DNA of 64,000 nt from NCBI GenBank assembly GCA_043228905.1, contig JBHGNT010000020.1:5518001-5582000 (forward strand), written 5' to 3'. The DNA comes from Azolla caroliniana. Its lineage: Eukaryota > Plantae > Polypodiophyta. A program made the translations under genes and the position numbers. This document shows positions 35,601 through 45,236 of this stretch, in pieces; the first letter of the stretch is position 1; each line of letters begins with the position of its first letter. The notes beneath the pieces are model-generated. The model had not been told where the DNA came from. It worked only from the letters and a program-made list of their open reading frames with translations, and made no database searches.

Positions 35601-37074
35601 AGGCAACAAGGCGTACTGCACGCGAGGTGGTGAAGACCTTCTGTTTCGGGAAATTGCTCGGGTACTCCACGAGTATGGCCATGTATACCCCTGACCACCG
35701 GTGATGCCCAAGAATAGAGTTGGTTTGATCATAGCCACCTACGAGGGAGTACAGGTGGATTGGCCAGTAATGATTGCCGATAGCCTGAACGCTGCCATCG
35801 TCTCAATAAAAGAGGGCAAAAAGATGTGGACAGCAATGGCACAATGGCTCACCTTGTTAGCACCACCGGTGGAACCCATGAAACAAAGAAAAAGGGGAAG
35901 ACCGACAGAATCGACCCCCAAAACAGCTTCAAAACGATAGCAACTCCTAGCTACCCAGGCGAAGGAATGACCTAACAGGAAGCGGCTGGCAGAGAAGGAG
36001 GCAACGATGGACACCTCGGGGAGACCGTTGAAAATCAAGTTGCATCTATCGGAACAACAAGCAGAACAGCAACCGGAGAAAATGCATGGGCAAGACCCCT
36101 TGGCGGCGTTAATCAACAACAAGACCCTGGAAGAAGAACAGCATGAGGACGAGCCGACCGAGACGTTGTTACGACATCGCCAAACAAGTCTAAAGGGCCA
36201 TGAAGGGGGGACATCAAGGCTAATAGAGGACAGTATACGGGAACCCCTCCCTAAGGAGCCGCAACCGAGTAAGGCGGTAGAATTGGCTCAACAAGAATCG
36301 GGGACAGAGCAAGTGCTGCAGCAGGACATCGCGGAACCTGCGGTCCAGGACACAACAGTACCAGTGTATCAGGAGCCAATCATTGAATTGTCGGCATCAC
36401 CACCGCAGCAACAAAAGCCAGAACCGGAGAGGCCGTGTGATGTAACCATCAATAGAAGGCTCGTGACCAATGAAAACGCCATCCCACGACCAGACCCGGC
36501 ACAACCACAAGGCACCAGCAGTTGATGGCTCCGATGGGTAGCAGAACAAGTGACTGGTGTTGTCTGCCAATTAGAAGCGGAAGAGAAAGCGCAGGAAGCC
36601 CGGTTGCTAGCCACAACCGAGGAATTAGGAAGTCTAGAATGGGAAAAGGGGGATAATTAATAACCGGGAGTTGATTAGTTATAATATAGAATTATTATGA
36701 TTTTTGGAGAAGCGAACGGACAGACCCGGAATCGGTATGTCGATTCGGATCCGGATCGGTTTGTAGCCGGTTGCCAGTTGGCACTGGTTTGTACCTAAAG
36801 CCGGAGACCTATAAAAGGGCCCGGTTAGATTGTAATCATCAGTGGATAATTAATAGAGTGTTGTTGTTCTGTATCTTAATCAATGTTAATTATCGTTCTG
36901 TGCTAAGTGTAAATTATCCTACGCGTGTATTGTGACTAATGATCTTGCTGCTTAGTAACCAATTAGGGTTCCATTAATAGTTGGTTTAACTCTATCTCAC
37001 CGCAACACCCCTTTGGTGAAGTGTCTCAAAGCGACACCATGTGTTAGGCCATTGTCCGGCCCCTAGCAATAACA
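32684..37074 (+). mobile_element. Diverged family-B relative: RNase H end, INT, extra-ORF N-half, 5'-truncated LTR (~36638-37074)
   Basis: HVDHSTLLYLVSKASLTGK, LPLEPFQKWGLNFVGP, IATYEGVQVDW; LTR ends CACCCCTTTGGTGAAGTGTC...GTCCGGCC...AACA, like family B. Confidence 0.88.
33050..33459 (+). mobile_element. Solo LTR (family E, 410 bp)
   Basis: TGTTGTCC...GGCAACA with 5-bp TSD CAAAT (33045-33049, 33460-33464); homologous to 50744-51215 (-). Confidence 0.88.
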
Positions 37075-37530
37075 CGTCCTTTTGTCCCTAGGGATGAAGG
37101 TGTAGGCTTCACATCTGAATATATGGAACCTATCGTAGGTCGGTTGTTTGCCTGACCATAGTGCATGTAGCACTTCAAGCCTGGTTGCTTTGGACGGTGC
37201 CAGATTTATCAGGTACACTGTCGTCTGCAATGCCTCTGCCCAGAATTCCAGCTTCAGTCCAGCTTGCTGGAGCATTGTCGTCACCCTCTCCTGGATTGTC
37301 TTGTTGATCCGTTCTGCCACTCCATTTCGCATGGGTGTGTAGGGAACGGTCTTTTGGTGTCGGATCCCTTTTCCGGACAGGTACTGTTTGAAGGCTCTGG
37401 AGGTGTACTCACCTCCGTTGTCGGATCGGAGTGTCTTCACTTTGTATCCTGACCGGTTCTCCACTCCAGATATCCATCGAATGAAGACCTCGAGCGCTTC
37501 GTCTTTGGACTTGATGGAGTATGCCCAACT
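37075..37530 (-). pseudogene. Copia integrase fragment of a family-C-like lineage
   Basis: LRSDNGGEYTS, NGVAERINKTIQERV, FWAEALQT. Confidence 0.85.
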
Positions 37531-40139
37531 AGGTCCCAGGTTTCATTCTCCGATAATGCTTGCGTCTCTTCCTCCATTGCGGCACACCAGTTCGCGTCTT
37601 TCACCACTTCTACGTAGCTCTCTGGCTCACACACTTCCGCCACTCGCATCATATACGCATAATGGTGCGCCATGTACTCATTATACCCGTATCTCTTTAC
37701 GGGGTTCTTCAAGCGGGTAGATCGACGTAATTCGTGATTACCCGATTTCACGACCTTTTCGGCTATTGTCGACCTCTTCCGTGGAGGTTCCTTTTTAGTT
37801 TGCCCGTAGTCAGACTCGCTCCGATCTGACTTGGCACTGTCGAAGTCGTATTCCGGCATTTTCTTCTTGCCCTTCTCCTTGCATGTAAACCGTCTCCTCG
37901 GTTCTTTACGCGGGGACATCACGGCTGAGTCTCCACTACTCGTTGTCTCTTCAATAGGTTGGCCATTTCAGCCAAACCCCTCATTCAGCCCACTAAGCTG
38001 AAATGAGATTGGACTCTCTCTCAGAGCTCCAATTTCCTCATCATATCTGATTCGACCTTTTGTCCTTTCGCATACAACGCGGTGCCGGCTTGATTAGTGT
38101 CGAGGATAAACATCCTCCCTTCACGGCGCCCTTGTGCGATCACTCTACCTTCCTCTTCTATGAAGCAGCCGAGGTGCGTGAATCGAACTTGCATACCTTG
38201 GTCGACGATCTGTCCGACCAACACAAGGTTCTTGGTTATTGTCGAGACGTGCAATATGTTCATGAGTTTCCCTTTCTGGCCGACGTGGCTGAGGGGAACT
38301 TCTCCGACATGTTCAATGGTATGCGGAGTGTCGTCTCCCATTTCGACCACTCCTTGCGATTCCGGTTTCTCCAAGTACCAGAACCATTCCTCGTGACTCA
38401 TCATATGATTTGACGCTCCGGAATCAACATACCACACCTCACTTGATTTCGAGGTGTTCACGGCCATAGAATTGGCCTTATGCTTCATTACGAAGGTTGG
38501 GCCCGATTTGTTTTCAGCTCGTTCAGAGCCTTCTGCGTAGTGCGATCTCTGACGCCTCTCTGCGTCTCTTTGGCTCGATCCGGATTTTTTCGAATCAGCT
38601 CTCTTTTTCTAGCACTCGCTCTCCTTGTGGCCTTTTTTGCCATAGTACCAACATTCCGATGCAGCCTTCTCTTGCCAGCTTCTGGCGCCGCCAAGACTCC
38701 CCCTGCTTGTGGAGGGTCCGGAATTGTTGTCGACACATCGATTATGCCACTTGTTCTGCTCTTGTCAGCCGCCTCCATTGCACATCGATTCGCCTTGTCC
38801 ACCACGACCATAGGGCCTATCTTCCTCCGTGTACAGCATCTTGCCGTCAGCGTGCATACTCGTCGAAGCACTCATGTGATTTTCCTCCACGAGCAACATT
38901 GACTGAAGCTCGAAGAACGAAGGCGTATTCTCCCTCGTACAAACCGCCGTTCGGAAGGCTCCGAACCTGGACCCTAGCCCACCAAGGCAAACCTGCACCA
39001 TTTCATCTTCCTCAATGTTCACATTGACGGAAGCGAGAGAATCACAGATTTCCTTGATTCGAGACGTGTAATTAGCCATAGACAAATCTTTCTGCTGGAC
39101 ATTGCTGAGCTCCTACCTAAGTTGTAGCTTCCTGGTAGTTATGCTTGTGGCGAAAATCTTTTTGAGATTCTCCCACGCGTCCTTTGGCGTCTTAGCATCC
39201 CGAATATAGCTCAAAAGCTGGCCGCTCACACATGTTGCAAAGCAGTAGAGAACTTTGCTTGCCGCTTGTTCCCAAGCCGGAAAATCTCTGTGTGTCGAAT
39301 CGAGTGCTACATCATTAGCTCCTTCAACATAACTCCAGTAGCCATGGCCAAGCAAGTACTAGTGCATCTTGTACGACAAAGACGCATAGTTGCTCCTGTC
39401 GAGCTTCTCGGTCGGTAGCGAGCTTCCCATACCTCTGTCCATATTGCTATCTTTTTCTTTTCCGAACAAAAACGAAGAACAACTTCAACTCTGTTTTGTC
39501 GCAAGCTTTCCTTGTCGGCTGCAGAGGACTTCAACCCTCGCGTTCTGATATCATGTAAAAGAATAGCGTGTGCGGAAGCGTATGCGAAACACAGAGTACA
39601 CAGTTCGGAGGAATTAGACAGTTCGGTAAAATGCAGAAAATGCAGAGATGGAGAGGGAGAGACAGAGACAGAGACAGAGACAGAGAAAGAAAGAAAGATG
39701 TATTAACGTCTTCTAAGGCCAAATTTGGCCCATGAGACAATTGGTTTACAACAATAGAGTATTTATCCAGTCATCATAACTAAAATAAAATTAAGTAAAA
39801 AAAATAGAACTTAAACTAAAAGAGTTCTAGTAGTGTACAATATGTAGTATACTCAAAAGTGACTATACACTAAGCCTAATTTTATTTCCACCCAAGCCTC
39901 TCGAAAAGAAGTGGGGGGTCAAAGGGTCTTGATGTGGGATCCAATGTAGAGAGTGCCCTAGCCATGGCTTCTAGGCGGTGTAGCTCACATTCCCTTATTT
40001 TCAATATTGCTTCCACATCACGTTGAGTTGCTTTGAAACCCGGCACCCGAGGACGTCTGGTTCTTCTCTGGTTTTCTGCCTCATCAATGGAAAGGCCGAG
40101 TGGTGCAAGTGTGTCGGCATTCGTTGTCTCCTCAGGTTC

Positions 40140-43100
40140 CTAAAAAACTGCATTTGTTACATGTTCGTGATCATTAGCAACATTATTGTCAACATTTTGT
40201 AATTTATTCTCTGTGTGTTGTTTTAGCTCTAGAATGTATTTGCCTAATTTCTTTATATCTAGAGTATCTAATAGTTTGGGGAGGGTGGGAGACGGACCAA
40301 GTATGTCTTGGTATTTTGCCCTTATCTCGGCATAGGTTGGACACTTGCATGTAAAGTGGTACTCATCCTCTATCTCTATGTGACATAACCTACATATCCT
40401 TTCCTCCCTAGGGACTCCACTAGTATGGCCATTTTCAATCTCAAGTTGGTGAGATGATATTCTAAGTTGTCCAATGGCAACCCTTAGTGCATGTGGTAAG
40501 AATACATCTAGATATTTTGGCCGCGTGATAAAACCTAACTCAGAGAAGTGCATGAAGTGTTTCTTATAGTACGACATTTTAGATGGGAGTGGCTCTAGTG
40601 GGGTGATCCATTTACACCGAGTGTAAATTTGCCATATTTCTTGGCGTATTACTTTATTGCGGTTCTCATGAGAGATTAGGGTGTTATCACTCGTGTGGTT
40701 GTACCTGAGGGGAGGTAGGTTATTAATGTCTAGACCATTCGCAAGAAGCCAAGTCACCATCATGCCATACCATGAGCTAGTATAGCCGGACTCATACAAT
40801 GATCGAGAGGCCTTAAAGGCTTGATGAGATATTCTATCATGTGGTTGGCTATGTATCCTATCAATAAAGACTACAAGTTGAAAAAGTGCCTCTACTAGCA
40901 TTGGGGGTAACGTGAACTCGGCCCTAATAATGTCATGTGGTACAGTCGATTTGCTTCGGAGTTGGCATGATAGCATCATCACCAATGGTCTCTCTAATTG
41001 CGTCCACATGAAGGATGGTAATCTTGGAGCCCAAACCGCTGATGCATACATGAGGGAGGGGGTCACTAATGAGTCAAAGAGCCACCCTTTAGTTCGTGGC
41101 TCTTGAAAGTGTGCTTGGTGGCATTGTCTCTCTAGGAGTGAGAGGGATGCATGTCCTCTCGTGAGTCTATCCTTCGCTGCCTGTGTCATCGAAAATTTAC
41201 CTGAGCGGGCACTAAAAGTGACTCCGAGATAAACGTACGATCCAACCACCTCGACTGGGCTATGGGAGATAGTTAGGTGACACTTAGCTCTAACTTGGGC
41301 CGATGTGTGGAAGATAAGGACTTTCGTTTTCCCTAGATTCACTACCAATCCTCGTTGTACACAAAAGTCATCTAAGGCATTAAGGTGCCTCTGTAGGTCA
41401 TGTTCGGATTCAGAGAGCAAAACTATGTCATCCGCATAGAGCAAGATACGAACCTGTGTATCCCCAAGGACCACTCCGGTGCCTCCCTCACGAGCAATAA
41501 AATCTGTGATCTCATCAATGTAGATCCCAAAAAGCGTCAGTGATAGGGGGCAACCTTGTTTTACACCAATAGTGCTAGTGAAACGATTGGATAGGCCACC
41601 TGGGCATCGGACACACCCGGACACTTGTTCATATAGTGCGTAGATGGCCCATACCATATCATCTGGTATCCTCAAGCTTTTAAGTCTATCAGACAACCGA
41701 TCTCTAGGGACTGTGTCAAAGGCTTTGCGGAAGTCCACAAAATAACAATATAATCTCTTCTTGCGAGCCCTAGTTTGGTCAATTAGGCATCTAAGTGTGA
41801 AGATGTGATCAATAGTGGAGAAGGCTCGTCTAAAGCCAGCTTGTTCAGGCGCACGAAGGTTTAGGGTCTCCATGTAGTCGCTAAGCTCTGCTTCCATTAC
41901 TGCACCATATAACTTAGCAAGGGCATGGCCTATCATAATGGTCCTATATGTATTTGGGTCCATGGGGTCCCCCCCTTTATGTATGGGGGTCATTGTATTC
42001 ATAGTCCACTGTGGTGGAAAACCCTCCGCAAGGGCACGATTGAAGATTAGAGTTAGCAAGGGAGCTAGGCACTCTCTCGCATATATAATGTGTTCTGCTC
42101 GCAATCCTGTGTGGTCCATGGACTTCCTATGTTGTAATTTCTTTATGACCTTCATGACCCTAGAGGTCGTGAAAAGTGTCCCCGTGGTAGGCCGGGGTGT
42201 GGAAGGCATTGGAAAAGGTGGTTGGTTTGGGATTTGGTAAAGTCTCTCTGTATATGTGTGCCAAGTTTCGGGATCTTCGATGGGTGTTTGTGGTCTTGGC
42301 TCCCGTAGTCTCTTCCATGCCGTGGCGCAATCGCTACTCATGAGCATATGGTAGAGTTCCCAGTATTGGGATGCCTCCCACGCTCGTCTCTTACGACGTG
42401 TCATCTTACGCATTTCTTTGCGAGCTTGTATGGAGGTAATACTACCATTGAGTTGCGATACTGTAAGTTGTCTATGTAGGTCCCTACAATCCTCGTCATA
42501 CCATTTATTTTGTGGCATTGATCCTGATCTACCTTGATTTGAATGTTTTGCATATGGGAAACTGCTAGCTGTTGCGGAGTGAAGGATGTGTGTGAGTTTT
42601 GTACTAAGGCTTTCTAACGGTAGAGAGGGATCAATGGAGGGGAGATGGGCCTGAACATGTTGAGAGTATATGTCAGAGAGCTCATGTGTGAAATGTATTG
42701 TGGTGTGATGGCATGGTTGACTAGACTTGGTGACCTTAGAGATATCACATTTTAGCTCGAAGTATAAGAAACTATGGTCTGCGCCAATAGGGCATGGGGC
42801 CACTCGGAAGGAGTTAATCATGTGGGTAGCTTCCAGGCACCCTATTAGATAGTCAACTGTGCTTTCCCCTCCTCCATGTGGGAAACATGTGAGCTCTTCC
42901 GAGCCCGGCCACTTAGCTAAACCATTATATATGACCATCTGGTGCCGACTGCCAAGTTCGAGCAGATGATGGCCAAAGCTCGTGGCGTCCGCACCTTGAT
43001 CCTTTGATCTACGTGTGGTGCCTATGTCTAAAGGATCAACATTTACCATTTCTAGGTTTCTATTCATCTGAAGTACTGTGCATTGTCGGGATTGGGTTCT

Positions 43101-43613
43101 CGCATTGAAGTCTCCTACAAGAAATACTTCTCCTTGGGAAGAATATCGGATTATGTCATCCGATAGGGGTTCGTATGGAGAAGGCCCATGTGGCATTCCT
43201 TCATCGACTAATCTCGTCAAGCCACTAATATTATAACGGGGTCCTTTTGGGGGAAAGTAACAAATGGCGAAAAATACTGCATGGTCTTTGCTTGTGGAGA
43301 CTTTCACCCACATAAAATGAGCTTCTGGGTCTATCTTCATTATTTCTATCCTATTATGTAGCTCTCTACGAAATAGTATCGCGACACCTCCAGATCCCCT
43401 AGTAGTGTGTCGACGTGAGGTTTGTCTAAAAGCGGACTCCCAACGGAATCCTTCGACCCGTGGGAGTCCTCTATTTGGGCTCTGATGTGTTTCTACCAAG
43501 AAAAGTATATCAGATACCTTTAGTATCTCCTCTAGGCGGCCGGGGTGTGCCCAGAGTGCGCCATTACAATTCCATAGGGTCATCCTAAGTGCATTTTCTG
43601 TCACATGGGCCAC
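40140..43613 (-). CDS. LINE ORF2: APE endonuclease, reverse transcriptase, C-terminal Cys/His motif
   Basis: WNCNG, LVETH, VGDFNAR, STVDY, ADH; FVDFRKAFDTV, GVKQGCPLS, LLYADD; RICRLC...EDEYHFTCKCPTY. First ATG at 43583; the frame stays open past the TAG to 39882. Confidence 0.93.
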   Translation of the reverse strand: MAHVTENALRMTLWNCNGALWAHPGRLEEILKVSDILFLVETHQSPNRGLPRVEGFRWESAFRQTSRRHTTRGSGGVAILFRRELHNRIEIMKIDPEAHFMWVKVSTSKDHAVFFAICYFPPKGPRYNISGLTRLVDEGMPHGPSPYEPLSDDIIRYSSQGEVFLVGDFNARTQSRQCTVLQMNRNLEMVNVDPLDIGTTRRSKDQGADATSFGHHLLELGSRHQMVIYNGLAKWPGSEELTCFPHGGGESTVDYLIGCLEATHMINSFRVAPCPIGADHSFLYFELKCDISKVTKSSQPCHHTTIHFTHELSDIYSQHVQAHLPSIDPSLPLESLSTKLTHILHSATASSFPYAKHSNQGRSGSMPQNKWYDEDCRDLHRQLTVSQLNGSITSIQARKEMRKMTRRKRRAWEASQYWELYHMLMSSDCATAWKRLREPRPQTPIEDPETWHTYTERLYQIPNQPPFPMPSTPRPTTGTLFTTSRVMKVIKKLQHRKSMDHTGLRAEHIIYARECLAPLLTLIFNRALAEGFPPQWTMNTMTPIHKGGDPMDPNTYRTIMIGHALAKLYGAVMEAELSDYMETLNLRAPEQAGFRRAFSTIDHIFTLRCLIDQTRARKKRLYCYFVDFRKAFDTVPRDRLSDRLKSLRIPDDMVWAIYALYEQVSGCVRCPGGLSNRFTSTIGVKQGCPLSLTLFGIYIDEITDFIAREGGTGVVLGDTQVRILLYADDIVLLSESEHDLQRHLNALDDFCVQRGLVVNLGKTKVLIFHTSAQVRAKCHLTISHSPVEVVGSYVYLGVTFSARSGKFSMTQAAKDRLTRGHASLSLLERQCHQAHFQEPRTKGWLFDSLVTPSLMYASAVWAPRLPSFMWTQLERPLVMMLSCQLRSKSTVPHDIIRAEFTLPPMLVEALFQLVVFIDRIHSQPHDRISHQAFKASRSLYESGYTSSWYGMMVTWLLANGLDINNLPPLRYNHTSDNTLISHENRNKVIRQEIWQIYTRCKWITPLEPLPSKMSYYKKHFMHFSELGFITRPKYLDVFLPHALRVAIGQLRISSHQLEIENGHTSGVPREERICRLCHIEIEDEYHFTCKCPTYAEIRAKYQDILGPSPTLPKLLDTLDIKKLGKYILELKQHTENKLQNVDNNVANDHEHVTNAVF

Positions 43614-43619
43614 ACGCCG

Positions 43620-44543
43620 TCAGTTAGTAGTGCGATCATTTATGATCACTCGCCCGTCTCGGTAAAAGGCGCGATGGCCTTCTTTACGAGCTTGCATAAC
43701 TCGTGGCATACAACTCTTGCGATGCTCAATTTGCATCTTAGTGAGGTCTTCATCGAGATAGATGGGGTCCCCATCCATTCCTCGAAGGATTGGTCTCTTC
43801 TTAAAGAAAGTGATTCTAGAGTCTAAGTCTTTAAATTGAAGGACTAAGGCTCTCTTCCTAGTTGTGTCACGCCCGGCCCTCCATGCTTTGGTGATAGGTA
43901 GGGCCTCTGTGTACCCTAACATTTTCCCAAGTGTTTGTGCGTCCTCATTTGGGGATGCACCTTCCTTGAGCCCAATGACACGTACATTTAAGCGTCGGGC
44001 CTGACGCATTTTCTCTTCTTCAAGGGTGGTATTAACAATATTTTCAACTTTTATTTCTTTTTTAATGTTTCTTTTAACCACATCTACCCAACCCGTTTTA
44101 GCTAACTCTATGTTATTATTAACTTCCTCTTTAACTTTTTTAATTTCGTCCTTTATATCCTCTATAGAGGATATTTCACCGTCTTCTCGAGATACCTCGA
44201 TGTCCTTAAGTTGTTTTTTAAGGTCAATGTTTTCTACTTTAAGTTGTTCTATTTCGGCCTTGAGGGCGTCTTTTTCCTCTCTATCTTTTTTCTTGTGGGT
44301 TTCGGTGTCTTTCACCCATTTTTTCATATCCATCTCTATTTTTGTTAAATGATTAAACATATCTAAAAAGTCCTCCTTACTTATAGCCTCGTCTTGTATA
44401 TCCTTAAGTTCCTTAGTCCGTCTAGACGTCATTGTGGTGTCAATAAGAAAAAAAAGGTAAAATAAATGGGTTCGAGACTTAGCCGAGTTTGTGTGTGTGT
44501 CGCAATCACATCGGCATTTTGTAGCACGCGACGAGCACACCAA
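43620..44543 (-). CDS. LINE ORF1 (coiled coil plus RRM-like C-terminal region)
   Basis: Heptad-rich segment, then NVRVIGLKE...RALVLQF...IYLDEDLT...AFYRDGRVII; likely start MTSRRTKEL. Confidence 0.85.
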   Translation of the reverse strand: MVCSSRATKCRCDCDTHTNSAKSRTHLFYLFFLIDTTMTSRRTKELKDIQDEAISKEDFLDMFNHLTKIEMDMKKWVKDTETHKKKDREEKDALKAEIEQLKVENIDLKKQLKDIEVSREDGEISSIEDIKDEIKKVKEEVNNNIELAKTGWVDVVKRNIKKEIKVENIVNTTLEEEKMRQARRLNVRVIGLKEGASPNEDAQTLGKMLGYTEALPITKAWRAGRDTTRKRALVLQFKDLDSRITFFKKRPILRGMDGDPIYLDEDLTKMQIEHRKSCMPRVMQARKEGHRAFYRDGRVIINDRTTN

Positions 44544-45236
44544 AAGAACCCACCCACGAACTCATCGAGAAAAAGGCACTTCACCACAACAAGAGCGGAG
44601 AAGAAAACACCCCGGGACGGCGACGGTGACGGTGGCAGTCGTCAAACGACGGTAGACGACGGCAGCAGACGGCAGAAGACGGTAGACGACTGTAGAATGT
44701 AGAAGGCGGCTGCAGACGATGGCAGACGGCGACGGCCGCAGATAACGACAGCGACGGCGACGGCGACGGCGACGACACTAGCCGGCGATAGAGCAGAGAG
44801 AGACGAGGAAGCGAGCGAGAGAGAGAGAGAGAGTAGACGGTGACGGTTGCAGCGGCTGCAGACAACGGCTGTAGACGACGGCGACGGCGACGACAGCGAC
44901 AACAACGCAACGGCAGAGAGAGCCGTTAGAGCAAGAGAGAGAGACAGAGCAAAAAACAGAAAACTCAAATTCAAAATAGTGACTCTTTGTCTACATACAC
45001 CGTGCTCAGTGAGCACCTTTTATACAAGCCCTAACAATTGAGCTGACACAAGTACTGACAGTACTTGACGCTCATACATGAGCCGCTACACTCACTCCCA
45101 AATTTATTCCTTTCGAGGAATATCTTTCTAACGGCCTCGAGGTGTTCACACCGTTACAGCTTACGTTATGCGTAATGTTTTACGCACCCAGTCTATGCAC
45201 TGGGTTACGCACCAACATTGAGCTTGTCACTCAACA

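Larger units (their letters stand above)
39686..44939 (-). mobile_element. Near full-length LINE (RTE-X-like)
   Basis: ORF1 plus APE-RT ORF2; GC-rich repetitive 5' UTR; 3' palindrome GGCCAAATTTGGCC and (CTTT)n tail; candidate TSD AGAGACAGAG (39676-39685, 44940-44949; low complexity). Confidence 0.9.
37531..45236 (-). mobile_element. Decayed Ty1/copia (family D, copy 2): 5' LTR (39554-39685 + 44950-45236) split by the LINE, PBS, gag, PR; INT deleted
   Basis: PBS TGATATCAGAAC (mutated iMet site) at 39542-39553; gag ORFs at 38765-39355; WYVDSGASNHM; EPESY; LTR starts TGTTGAGTGACAAGCTCAA on the minus strand. Confidence 0.88.

Noticed and set aside
44581-45016. Ser/Ala/Arg-rich ORFs upstream of LINE ORF1
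   Set aside because: Products of low-complexity GAC/GGC repeats in the LINE 5' UTR.
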